Positions 19,028 through 26,704 of a stretch of 26,704 nt of DNA are shown here, one piece after another. Made by a program: the position numbers and the translations under genes. The stretch spans positions 1 through 26,704 of the forward strand of contig JAZGDW010000190.1 in assembly GCA_036478295.1 (NCBI GenBank), in the 5' to 3' direction. This stretch comes from Candidatus Krumholzibacteriia bacterium (GTDB taxonomy: Bacteria; Krumholzibacteriota; Krumholzibacteriia; WVZY01). Each line of letters opens with the position of its first letter. Within the stretch, counting starts at the first letter, position 1. The notes under the pieces were generated by a model. That model was not told the origin of the DNA. It was given only the letters and a program-made list of their open reading frames with translations, and did not search any database.

Positions 19028-20536
19028 TCACATCCGCGGTTTTCGCAGGCCTTCCATGCGCGCGATGCGCCGCCAGGTGTTATCGCGCATCTCCTCGGCC
19101 TCCTCGAACGTCGTCCGTTTGAGGCAGTTGTAGGCCGTAATGCTGGCCGCGATCACCGCCAGCTCGATCTCTTTTGGGTCTGCATGGAGAAGCTCGGGGG
19201 TGAAATGCTGCTCGATGTAACGGTTATCGTAGGAGCCGTCGATGAAGCCCGGCTCGGCCAGCACCCACAGCAGGAACTCGATGTTGGTCTTGACGCCGTC
19301 GATCTGGTATTCCTCCAGCGCGCGGCGCGCGCGGCGGATGGCCGTCGGGCGGTCCTCCGCCCATACAATAAGCTTGCCCAAAAGGGGATCGTAGTAGATG
19401 GGGATCTCGTAGCCCGGGTAGATGCCGTTTTCGTTCCTTACCCCGGGGCCCTGCGGCAGGACCAGCTGCCGGATCTTGCCGGTGGCGGGCATGAAATTCG
19501 ACTGTGGATCCTCGGCGTATATCCTGGCCTCCAGCGCGTGACCACGCATCGCCGTCCCGTCTTGCTTCAGCTGCAGCGGTTCTCCGGCGGCGATCCGGAT
19601 CTGCTCCTTGACCAGGTCGACGCCGTACACCAATTCCGTCACGGGGTGTTCGACCTGCAATCTGGTATTCATCTCGAGAAAATAAAACGAGCGGTCCGGG
19701 CCCACCACGAATTCCACGGTGCCGGCACCCACATAATCGACCGCCTGTGCCGCCTTCTTGGCGGCGCTGCTGAGCGAGCGGCGCAGTTGCGGTGTGACGC
19801 TCGGTGACGGGGCTTCCTCGATCACTTTCTGGTAGCGGCGTTGCATCGAACATTCGCGCTCACCGAGCGTGACCGTATGCCCCTTCTTATCGGCCAGAAC
19901 CTGCACTTCGATGTGCTTCGGTTGCTCGATAAATTTCTCGACGAACACGCTTCGGTCGCCGAAGGCGCTTTCCGCCTCACCCATGGTCAGCTCGATTGCC
20001 GTCGCGATATCCTTCTTGTTCTCCACCAGGCGCAGGCCCTTGCCGCCCCCACCCGCGGCCGCCTTGATCATGACAGGCAGACCGATCGAGCCGGCGATCT
20101 CCGCCGCGTCGGCGGCACTGGTGACGGGGGTTCGGCTGCCGGGGATTACGGGGACGCCCACGCGGGACATGGTCTCCCGCGCCTCGAGCTTATTGCCCAT
20201 GCGGCGGATCGCGGTGGCCGGTGGGCCGATGAACACGATGCCCGCTTTGTCACAGGCCTCGGCGAAGTCCGCGTTCTCGGCCAGAAAGCCGTAGCCCGGG
20301 TGAATCGCCTCGGCGCCGCTCCTGGTCGCGGCATCGATAACTTTCTCGATGGCCAGGTAGCTGTCTTTGCTCGGTGAAGGGCCGATGTGATACGACTCGT
20401 CGGCGTAAGTGACGTGCAGCGCGAGGCGGTCGCAGTCCGAATACACGGCGACCGTTACAATGTCCATTTCCTTGCAGCTGCGCATGACGCGCATGCAGAT
20501 TTCCCCGCGGTTGGCTATCAGAATCTTTTTGAACAT
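19028..20536 (-). CDS. accC: Biotin carboxylase subunit of propionyl/acyl-CoA carboxylase
   Basis: Start MFKKILIANRGEI at 20536; HPGYGFLAEN, GGGGKG, RECSMQRR, EMNTRLQVEHPVTE, YYDPLLGKL. Confidence 0.93.
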   Translation of the reverse strand: MFKKILIANRGEICMRVMRSCKEMDIVTVAVYSDCDRLALHVTYADESYHIGPSPSKDSYLAIEKVIDAATRSGAEAIHPGYGFLAENADFAEACDKAGIVFIGPPATAIRRMGNKLEARETMSRVGVPVIPGSRTPVTSAADAAEIAGSIGLPVMIKAAAGGGGKGLRLVENKKDIATAIELTMGEAESAFGDRSVFVEKFIEQPKHIEVQVLADKKGHTVTLGERECSMQRRYQKVIEEAPSPSVTPQLRRSLSSAAKKAAQAVDYVGAGTVEFVVGPDRSFYFLEMNTRLQVEHPVTELVYGVDLVKEQIRIAAGEPLQLKQDGTAMRGHALEARIYAEDPQSNFMPATGKIRQLVLPQGPGVRNENGIYPGYEIPIYYDPLLGKLIVWAEDRPTAIRRARRALEEYQIDGVKTNIEFLLWVLAEPGFIDGSYDNRYIEQHFTPELLHADPKEIELAVIAASITAYNCLKRTTFEEAEEMRDNTWRRIARMEGLRKPRM

Positions 20537-20564
20537 GGCTGCTTGAACGGTCGCCACCGCGCCG

Positions 20565-22118
20565 TCACAGCGGCAGGTTGCCGTGTTTCTTGGGCGGCAG
20601 GCTCTGACGCTTGTTAACCAGGCTTTCCAGAGCGGCAATAATCCTGGGGCGAGTGTCCTTCGGCTCGATGATATCATCCAGATATCCCAGTTCGGCCGCT
20701 ACCCAGGGGTTGGCGAATCTTTCGTTGTACTCGGCGATCAATTTCTTGCGCAGTGCGTCTTTGTTCTTTGTCGCCTGGATTTCTTTGCGGTTGAGGATAT
20801 TGATCGCGCCTTCGGCACCCATGACGGCGAGTTCGGCCGACGGCCACGCCACGTTGTAGTCGGCCCGAATGTGCTTGGACGACATAACGTCATATGCGCC
20901 GCCGTAGGCCTTTCGCGTAATGACAGTGATTTTCGGGACGGTCGCCTCGCAGTAGGCGAAGAGCAGTTTCGCCCCGTGCTTGATAATACCGCCGTATTCC
21001 TGCTCGGTTCCGGGCAGGAATCCCGGAACATCCTCGAAGGTTACGATCGGGAGGTTGAACGCGTCGCAAAAACGGACGAAACGAGCTCCCTTGATCGACG
21101 ACCTGATGTCCAGTACGCCTGCGAGAACCTTGGGTTGGTTGGCGACGATGCCGACCGCGCGGCCGTTCAGGTGCGCGAAGCCGATAACGATATTTCTCGC
21201 GTAGAGCGGCTGGACCTCAAGAAAATCCTCGTCGTCCACGACGCGTTTGATGACGTCGGTCATGTCGTAGGGCGCCTTGGAACTGTCCGGAACGATAGAA
21301 TTCAAGGCGTCATCGGTGCGGTTCACGTCGTCCTTGGTCGCCTTGCGTGTCGGCTCGTCGAGATTATTCTGCGGAAGAAAGGTCAGCAGCCGGCGGATCT
21401 GTGCGAGACAGTCCTGGTCGTTGGGGGCCATGAAATGGGCAACGCCGCTTCGTTCGTTGTGGGTCTTCGCTCCGCCCAACTCTTCGAACGTCACCTCTTC
21501 GTTCGTCACCATCTTGATCACGTTGGGGCCGGTGACGAACATGTGGCTCGTATGCTCGACCATGAGAATGAAATCCGTGATGGCAGGCGAATACACGGCG
21601 CCGCCCGCACACGGTCCCATAATCGCTGAAATTTGCGGTACCACGCCGGAGGCGAGGGTATTCCTGAGGAAGATTTCGGCATAGCCTCCGAGGCTTGCCA
21701 CGCCTTCCTGGATGCGGGCGCCACCGCTGTCGTTCAAGCCGATGATGGGCGCGCCGTTTTCCAGCGCAAGGTCCATGAGGCGGCAAATTTTCGCGGAATT
21801 GGCTTCACTGAGTGTGCCGCCGAAAACCGTGAAGTCCTGCGCGAAGGCATAGGTGAGGCGCCCGTTGATCTTGCCGTAGCCGGCCACCACGCCGTCTCCG
21901 GTGATTCTCTGGTCAGCCATGCCGAAGTCGTGGGCGCGGTGTGTGACGAATACGCCCACTTCCTGGAAGGCGCCCGGATCGAAAAGCAGGTTGATCCGCT
22001 CCCGGGCAGTCAGGCGCCCCGATTCGTGAAGCTTCTCGATCCGCGCCTCGCCACCCCCTAAGTAAGCAGCCTCGCGTCTCTTTTTCAGTTCTTTGAACTT
22101 TTCCTTGCTGGATGTCAC
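20565..22118 (-). CDS. pccB: Propionyl-CoA carboxylase carboxyltransferase (beta) subunit
   Basis: Probable GTG start at 22118; [49 protein letters not shown]-terminal KKHGNLPL. Confidence 0.93.
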   Translation of the reverse strand: MTSSKEKFKELKKRREAAYLGGGEARIEKLHESGRLTARERINLLFDPGAFQEVGVFVTHRAHDFGMADQRITGDGVVAGYGKINGRLTYAFAQDFTVFGGTLSEANSAKICRLMDLALENGAPIIGLNDSGGARIQEGVASLGGYAEIFLRNTLASGVVPQISAIMGPCAGGAVYSPAITDFILMVEHTSHMFVTGPNVIKMVTNEEVTFEELGGAKTHNERSGVAHFMAPNDQDCLAQIRRLLTFLPQNNLDEPTRKATKDDVNRTDDALNSIVPDSSKAPYDMTDVIKRVVDDEDFLEVQPLYARNIVIGFAHLNGRAVGIVANQPKVLAGVLDIRSSIKGARFVRFCDAFNLPIVTFEDVPGFLPGTEQEYGGIIKHGAKLLFAYCEATVPKITVITRKAYGGAYDVMSSKHIRADYNVAWPSAELAVMGAEGAINILNRKEIQATKNKDALRKKLIAEYNERFANPWVAAELGYLDDIIEPKDTRPRIIAALESLVNKRQSLPPKKHGNLPL

Positions 22119-22160
22119 CGCAAACCCTGGGGCTGGGATCAAAGCGCCTAAACTAAGTGG

Positions 22161-22190
22161 TTGCAAAACGTTATCGTTTTCTGGTACAAT
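22161..22190 (+). promoter_or_regulatory. Putative sigma70 promoter, rightward
   Basis: TTGCAA (22161-22166), 18 bp spacer, TACAAT (22185-22190) with TG extension. Confidence 0.5.
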
Positions 22191-22192
22191 AG

Positions 22193-22221
22193 AGTGTAAA
22201 CAAGCCGCAAGTGGGCGTCAA
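22193..22221 (-). promoter_or_regulatory. Putative sigma70 promoter of the pccB-accC-BCCP-mcmA-mce operon
   Basis: Minus strand TTGACG (22221-22216), 17 bp spacer, TACACT (22198-22193). Confidence 0.6.
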
Positions 22222-22318
22222 CCGATATTAGCCGGGATGCGGAAAAGCCCGCCGGCGAATGTAATTGTGTGGCAATAGCTTTCGTGATGGCCGGCGTCAA
22301 AGCGATCTCCCCTTCGCG

Positions 22319-22347
22319 TGGACAAGGGGCGGACAAGCGGTTATCAT
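22319..22347 (+). promoter_or_regulatory. Putative sigma70 promoter for the lipoprotein gene
   Basis: TGGACA (22319-22324), 17 bp spacer, TATCAT (22342-22347). Confidence 0.55.
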
Positions 22348-22409
22348 ATTGGGATGTTTCCGGTACATTAGCCACGTTTCTCCGCGTCCGGTCGCGTAAA
22401 AGGGATAGT

Positions 22410-23003
22410 ATGCTCAGGATAGCTGTTTTTTTGATGGCGCTGGTTTTCTTGGCCAGCTGCGGAAAAGGCGACGAAGCAGGCTCGCAGACGGCATCGAACG
22501 ATGCCACGCCGGTGGTACAGGAACGGCCGCCGGGGCGCCCGGCCATTCCCGACGATGAATTCTCCGAAGAGGAACGCATTATCAATGCGTCGTTGCGGCC
22601 GTTTTTCGACGGAGAGGGCACCGAGACCGAGGCCACTATTGCTCCCGGCGAGTATTTTGACATTTACGTTTTTGCGGAATACAACGAGGCGTTTCCGATG
22701 GCGGCGGCGGAGTGGAGGCTCCTCCTCCCCGCCGAGGTGAGCGTGATGGGGGAGGTACGCAACGACACCACGATTGCCAATGTGGGAAAATATGACCAGG
22801 ATTTCGGGATCGCGTTTCCTTGTATGGCCGATCCCAGGTGGTGGATCGTCAAGTACACGTGCAAGGCCCACGAGGAGTTCGACGGAGGAGAGATCGAGTT
22901 GACTCGGGGCACTGGTCTCGACTTCATTGGTTTTGTCACATGTGACAACGAGAACACGATGATCAGGGCCAAGGGCGGAACGGCGGTGTTAAAGAGAAAA
23001 TAA
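22410..23003 (+). CDS. Hypothetical lipoprotein with beta-rich C-terminal domain
   Basis: ATG 22410 after AAGGGA; MLRIAVFLMALVFLAS-C lipobox; Pro/acidic linker; beta-strand-patterned domain. Confidence 0.8.
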   Translation: MLRIAVFLMALVFLASCGKGDEAGSQTASNDATPVVQERPPGRPAIPDDEFSEEERIINASLRPFFDGEGTETEATIAPGEYFDIYVFAEYNEAFPMAAAEWRLLLPAEVSVMGEVRNDTTIANVGKYDQDFGIAFPCMADPRWWIVKYTCKAHEEFDGGEIELTRGTGLDFIGFVTCDNENTMIRAKGGTAVLKRK

Positions 23004-23080
23004 TCCGGCGGCGAGCGCCCCATGTGTGCGCTCCCGCTCCATAAAAGCAAGACCCCTGCTACTGCGCTCGACAACGGAGT

Positions 23081-25906
23081 ATGTGCATCTTGAGACTCTT
23101 CCTGTGGCTTGCTTCTATTTTGGCAGCCTTCGCCCAGCCGGTGACGGCGATTATCGCGCCCCGCGACGGCGGAGCACTGCCTGCCGCGTATTTCGAGGGC
23201 GACGGGCGAGCGCAGCCCGCCCACCGGCTGACCGGCGCCTGGATCGACAAGGCGCAGGACATTCGCTTGCTCCGGGAGAGCTATCTTGGCGCGAACGGCA
23301 CGCAAGCGGCGCTACCCCTGACCTATCAAGTGGCCGGAGATTTTAGTGTTCCGGTTCTGCTCGGCGCGTTCGCCAACCTCCCCGCCCCTTACCCGGTTAC
23401 CAACCTGCAAACCGAGCTTTTCGACGGCCCGTGGCCGACGGGCACGGTGACCGGCTACTTTAGCGAGGTTTCCTACGGCGCGCTCAATGTCACGGGCACC
23501 GCGCACGACTGGGTGACGGTCTCGCGATCCGACTCGTACTACGAGGGAACGTCCAACGGGCTCTCACCCGGAGACGCGCGGACGGGCGAATTCATCTTTG
23601 AACTGCTCGACGCGAACGACAGCGCGGTGGATTTTCGCGCGTACGACAACGACGGCCCGGACGGGGTCGCGAACTCGGGCGATGACGATGGTTTTGTCGA
23701 TCTCGTGGTGTTGGTGCACAGCGATTTTGGAGGCGAGTGCGGCGGGGCTGACGTCTGGTCGCACACGGGAGATTACAGGTTGTGGCCTATATCGGGTGGC
23801 ATGGCGTATGAAACCGGTGACCCCAGCGCAAACGGCGGTTTCATCAAGGTGAAAGACTATGCGATCCAGGCCGGCAAGGCGTGTGGCGGCGGCATGATCG
23901 AAATAGGCGGCTTTTGTCACGCGATTGGCCATGCGGTCGGGTTGCCCGATTTGTTCGACACAGACGGCGGTACCAACGGCATCGGTGAGTGGGGACTCAT
24001 GGGACGCGGCAACTGGAATACGCCCGAGTCTCCGGCTCACCCTACGGCCTGGTCACGCGCGCAAATGGGCTGGGTGGTTCCCGCGAACGTCGGTCCCGGC
24101 GGAGCAATCGAGTCGATTCCCCAGATCGAAGCCAACGCCGTGGCTTTCAGACTGGGATTCAGTGACGACCGCTTCCGGCGCATGAAAGAGTGCGCGCTCA
24201 ACGGCGAGTATTCGCTCCGGTGCGCACTGGTTGCGTCGGAAGGCGCGACCCGGGGTTGGGGTGGGGGTGGCGGGTACGGCAACGGCTGGTCTGAATCCAT
24301 CGAGCGCGAATTCCATTCCAACGGCAGCGGTCCAGTCGTCTTTGCGTACAGCTACCAGTACGATCTCGAGGCCAATTATGATTCGGCGTTCGTTTCGATA
24401 ACGATCGGCGGCACGGAGACCGTCCTTACAGCGTACGACAGCGTCAGCAGCGGCACGGAAACGCTCGACCTCAGCCCCTTTCTCACCGTCGCGGTTGACT
24501 ACACGCTCCGGTTCCGGGTTGTGACTGACGGGTTCGGCTCGGACGAGGACGGCAGGTACCTCACTGCATGCGGTGCACTCGTTGTCGACGACGTGTCGGT
24601 CACCGGAGGGGGAGAGAACTACACCAGCGATTTCGAAACCTCGGTGGATGGATGGTTCCAGAACCCGGCCGAGAACCCGCCGTGCGAGTACTGGCTGGTG
24701 GAAAACCGGCAGCCCGTGGGGTTCGACGCCCACCTGGCCAATTCCGGCCTGTTGATCTGGCACGTGGACGAGGAGGTGATGGGATCACTTCTCGGCAACA
24801 GCGGCGGCAGTGGTGATACAACGGTTCGTGGTCTGGTACTGGAAGAGGCGGACGGCATCGGTCACCTGCTGCAGAATCCTGGTAACGCGGGCGACGCGGG
24901 AGATCCGTTTCCGGGGTCGACCGGCAACACCCGGTTCGACGCACTTTCGATGCCGCCGAACCACCGCAACACCGGCCCACCGACGGTCATTGAGGTTTCT
25001 GCCATCAGTCCGTCCCGGCCGGTCATGTCCGCGCTGCTTAGGGCGGGTGATCCGGCGCCGTCGGCGTCGGGTATCTCACCCAACATTATCCCCAACGATC
25101 TCGACACCGTAGACGTACAGATCAGTGGCACCGATTTCCGGCACGGCGCGACCTTTCGCCTGGAAATGAGCGGGGAAGCGGACATAACGCCGGTCGATCT
25201 TCACTGGCAGGACAACGGCCGCCTGCAAGGAAAAATCAAGATCTTCAGCCGCCGGGGAGGAAACTGGAGACTTGTCGTCACCAACCCCGACGGTCAGCAG
25301 TCCGTTACGGCGGATGCCCTGACGGTTGTCCAGATCGTCGCCGCACAACTCGTCTTCGCCACTATCTCGGTGCAGGAAAGCGGTGTTGAAATGCGGTTCG
25401 AACTCACGGGCAAGGAAGCCGACGAGACCCTCATCGTCTCGCGCGCGGGAGAGGCGGCCGGTCCGTGGCGGCGGCTGCCCGGAGAGCCACAGGAGATTCG
25501 CGCGGGACTCTACCGCTACGTGGACGGCAGTGCGGCCCCGGGGCGGAGTTATTACTACCGGCTCGATGTTCAATCGGGCGACGGAACCGTGCGCGAGCTG
25601 TACCGGGGCAGCGTGGTGTTGCCGGCGCTGCGCCTGGTCTTGGAGCAAAATTACCCCAACCCCTTCAATCCCACAACCACCCTGTCTTATGCGTTACCTG
25701 AGGCAACTCATGTAACGCTGGATATTTTCGACATTTCCGGAGCCTTAGTCCGAACAGTAGTGAACGGATTCGAGCAGGCGGGCCCCCACAGCCATTTATG
25801 GGACGGCCGGGATAGGCGCGGCAACCCGGTGGGGTCGGGCGTGTACGTTTACCGGTTGAGGGCTGGAAAGGCGACGCTCAGTCGCAAGATGATGGTACTC
25901 AAATAG
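23081..25906 (+). CDS. Secreted M6 (immune inhibitor A-like) metalloprotease-domain protein with Ig-like domains and C-terminal FlgD-Ig/T9SS-type sorting domain; catalytic Glu replaced by Ala
   Basis: Signal peptide; YFSEVSYG, YDNDGPDG..DDDGFVD, WSH, CHAIGHAVGLPDLFD, GEWGLMGRG, EYWLVENRQ, GLLIWHVDE; IPT/TIG-like VTNPDGQ; LEQNYPNPFNP..WDGRD..SGVYVYRL..RKMMVLK. Confidence 0.88.
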   Translation: MCILRLFLWLASILAAFAQPVTAIIAPRDGGALPAAYFEGDGRAQPAHRLTGAWIDKAQDIRLLRESYLGANGTQAALPLTYQVAGDFSVPVLLGAFANLPAPYPVTNLQTELFDGPWPTGTVTGYFSEVSYGALNVTGTAHDWVTVSRSDSYYEGTSNGLSPGDARTGEFIFELLDANDSAVDFRAYDNDGPDGVANSGDDDGFVDLVVLVHSDFGGECGGADVWSHTGDYRLWPISGGMAYETGDPSANGGFIKVKDYAIQAGKACGGGMIEIGGFCHAIGHAVGLPDLFDTDGGTNGIGEWGLMGRGNWNTPESPAHPTAWSRAQMGWVVPANVGPGGAIESIPQIEANAVAFRLGFSDDRFRRMKECALNGEYSLRCALVASEGATRGWGGGGGYGNGWSESIEREFHSNGSGPVVFAYSYQYDLEANYDSAFVSITIGGTETVLTAYDSVSSGTETLDLSPFLTVAVDYTLRFRVVTDGFGSDEDGRYLTACGALVVDDVSVTGGGENYTSDFETSVDGWFQNPAENPPCEYWLVENRQPVGFDAHLANSGLLIWHVDEEVMGSLLGNSGGSGDTTVRGLVLEEADGIGHLLQNPGNAGDAGDPFPGSTGNTRFDALSMPPNHRNTGPPTVIEVSAISPSRPVMSALLRAGDPAPSASGISPNIIPNDLDTVDVQISGTDFRHGATFRLEMSGEADITPVDLHWQDNGRLQGKIKIFSRRGGNWRLVVTNPDGQQSVTADALTVVQIVAAQLVFATISVQESGVEMRFELTGKEADETLIVSRAGEAAGPWRRLPGEPQEIRAGLYRYVDGSAAPGRSYYYRLDVQSGDGTVRELYRGSVVLPALRLVLEQNYPNPFNPTTTLSYALPEATHVTLDIFDISGALVRTVVNGFEQAGPHSHLWDGRDRRGNPVGSGVYVYRLRAGKATLSRKMMVLK

Positions 25907-25961
25907 GCGTTACGCCGACCTTGCGGCTGCGTAACGCGGGCGCGATTGGAGCTGGCGGCGC
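25896..25961 (+). repeat. Structured intergenic repeat, copy 2 (copy 1 at 14253-14317)
   Basis: Perfect 9-bp stem GCGTTACGC (25907-25915) / GCGTAACGC (25929-25937) followed by the shared GCGATTGGAGC. Confidence 0.75.
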
Positions 25962-26006
25962 GGGGTGCAGCCTGGTCCCCGGCACTGCCTCACGGCGGCA
26001 CCCAGT

Positions 26007-26704
26007 CTACAGCGGCAGCGTGATGCGAAACTCCGTCCCGCGGCCGACCTCGCTCGTCGCGACTATGGTGCCTTTGTGATTCTGGATGATTTTGTAGGAG
26101 ATGGACAACCCCAGGCCCGTCCCCACCCCCGAGCCCTTGGTGGTATAACCCGGATCGAAGATCTTGTTGAGCTGCTCCGGCGGGATGCCCTTGCCGTCAT
26201 CGGCGATGGTCACATGGACGCTCTTATCGTCCGCATCCGTCTTGATGGTGATCGTGCCTTTTTCCTCGATGGCGTCCGCGGAGTTCACCAGCAGGTTCAT
26301 GAACACCTGGTTCAGTTGGTTGGGGTAGCACATTATGCGCGGGATGTCGCCGTACTGCTTGACTACCTCGACCTTGTGCTTTAGCCGGTGGTGGACCAGG
26401 GTCAGCGTGCTGTCGATACCCTCGTGGATATCCGCCTCCTGGAATTCCGCTTCGTCCAGCCGGGCGAAGTTTTTCAGGCTCTTCACAATCTTGGTGACGC
26501 GGCCGCTGCCCTCCAGGGCGATTTCGGTGTTCTCCCGCAGCAGGCTCATGGCGGTTCGGTAATGCTTGTTCCCCAGGACCGCCTTTACGGATTTGCCGCC
26601 TTCGATGGTTTGCTGCAGCCGATCGAGACAACGTCTCGAGACATCCGACGCACTGGTCACCGCGCCGATGGGGTTGTTGATCTCGTGGGCTACGCCCGCT
26701 ACAA
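26007..26704 (-). CDS. Sensor histidine kinase, NtrB-like, 5' part outside the window
   Basis: Frame open to the window edge; H-box VAGVAHEINNPIG (His codon 26687-26685), N-box QVFMNLLVNS, DDGKGI, FDPGYTTK, GTGLGLS. Confidence 0.93.
   Translation of the reverse strand, partial: VAGVAHEINNPIGAVTSASDVSRRCLDRLQQTIEGGKSVKAVLGNKHYRTAMSLLRENTEIALEGSGRVTKIVKSLKNFARLDEAEFQEADIHEGIDSTLTLVHHRLKHKVEVVKQYGDIPRIMCYPNQLNQVFMNLLVNSADAIEEKGTITIKTDADDKSVHVTIADDGKGIPPEQLNKIFDPGYTTKGSGVGTGLGLSISYKIIQNHKGTIVATSEVGRGTEFRITLPL

Noticed and set aside
20537..22166. Extended N-termini given by the ORF track for accC and pccB (also pcrA, gatC, gatB, thiolase, mce, lipoprotein)
   Set aside because: Family homology and RBS positions support the downstream starts reported in features
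25965..26384. 139-aa + strand ORF after the M6 gene
   Set aside because: Antisense to the conserved HATPase domain of the histidine kinase

Overview
GC-rich bacterial chromosomal window with no mobile-element genes, rRNA, tRNA or CRISPR array visible. An Omp85 protein, a FlgD-Ig/T9SS-type C-terminal domain and a C-terminal 'TWGxVKxLY' motif suggest a diderm FCB-group organism such as Ca. Krumholzibacteriota/Latescibacterota (inference). Order: peptidase-MA/PD40/Omp85 fusion, pcrA/uvrD, gatCAB, secreted lamin-tail-domain protein, then two convergent acyl-CoA operons. The + operon is meaB, mutase large subunit with isobutyryl-CoA-mutase signature, B12-binding small subunit, acyl-CoA dehydrogenase, thiolase and hbd. 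The - operon is a three-gene propionyl-CoA carboxylase, methylmalonyl-CoA mutase large subunit and epimerase. Then a lipoprotein, an M6/InhA-like metalloprotease whose HExxH reads HAIGH, and a partial histidine kinase. Main leads: (1) two B12 mutase large subunits of different predicted specificity with one small subunit and one MeaB; (2) a ~65-bp structured repeat with two compensatory base-pair changes directly after two unrelated genes that both end TACTCAAATAG; (3) a short C-terminal TWG putative sorting signal; (4) an inverted repeat bracketing that same gene; (5) a probable pseudo-protease.
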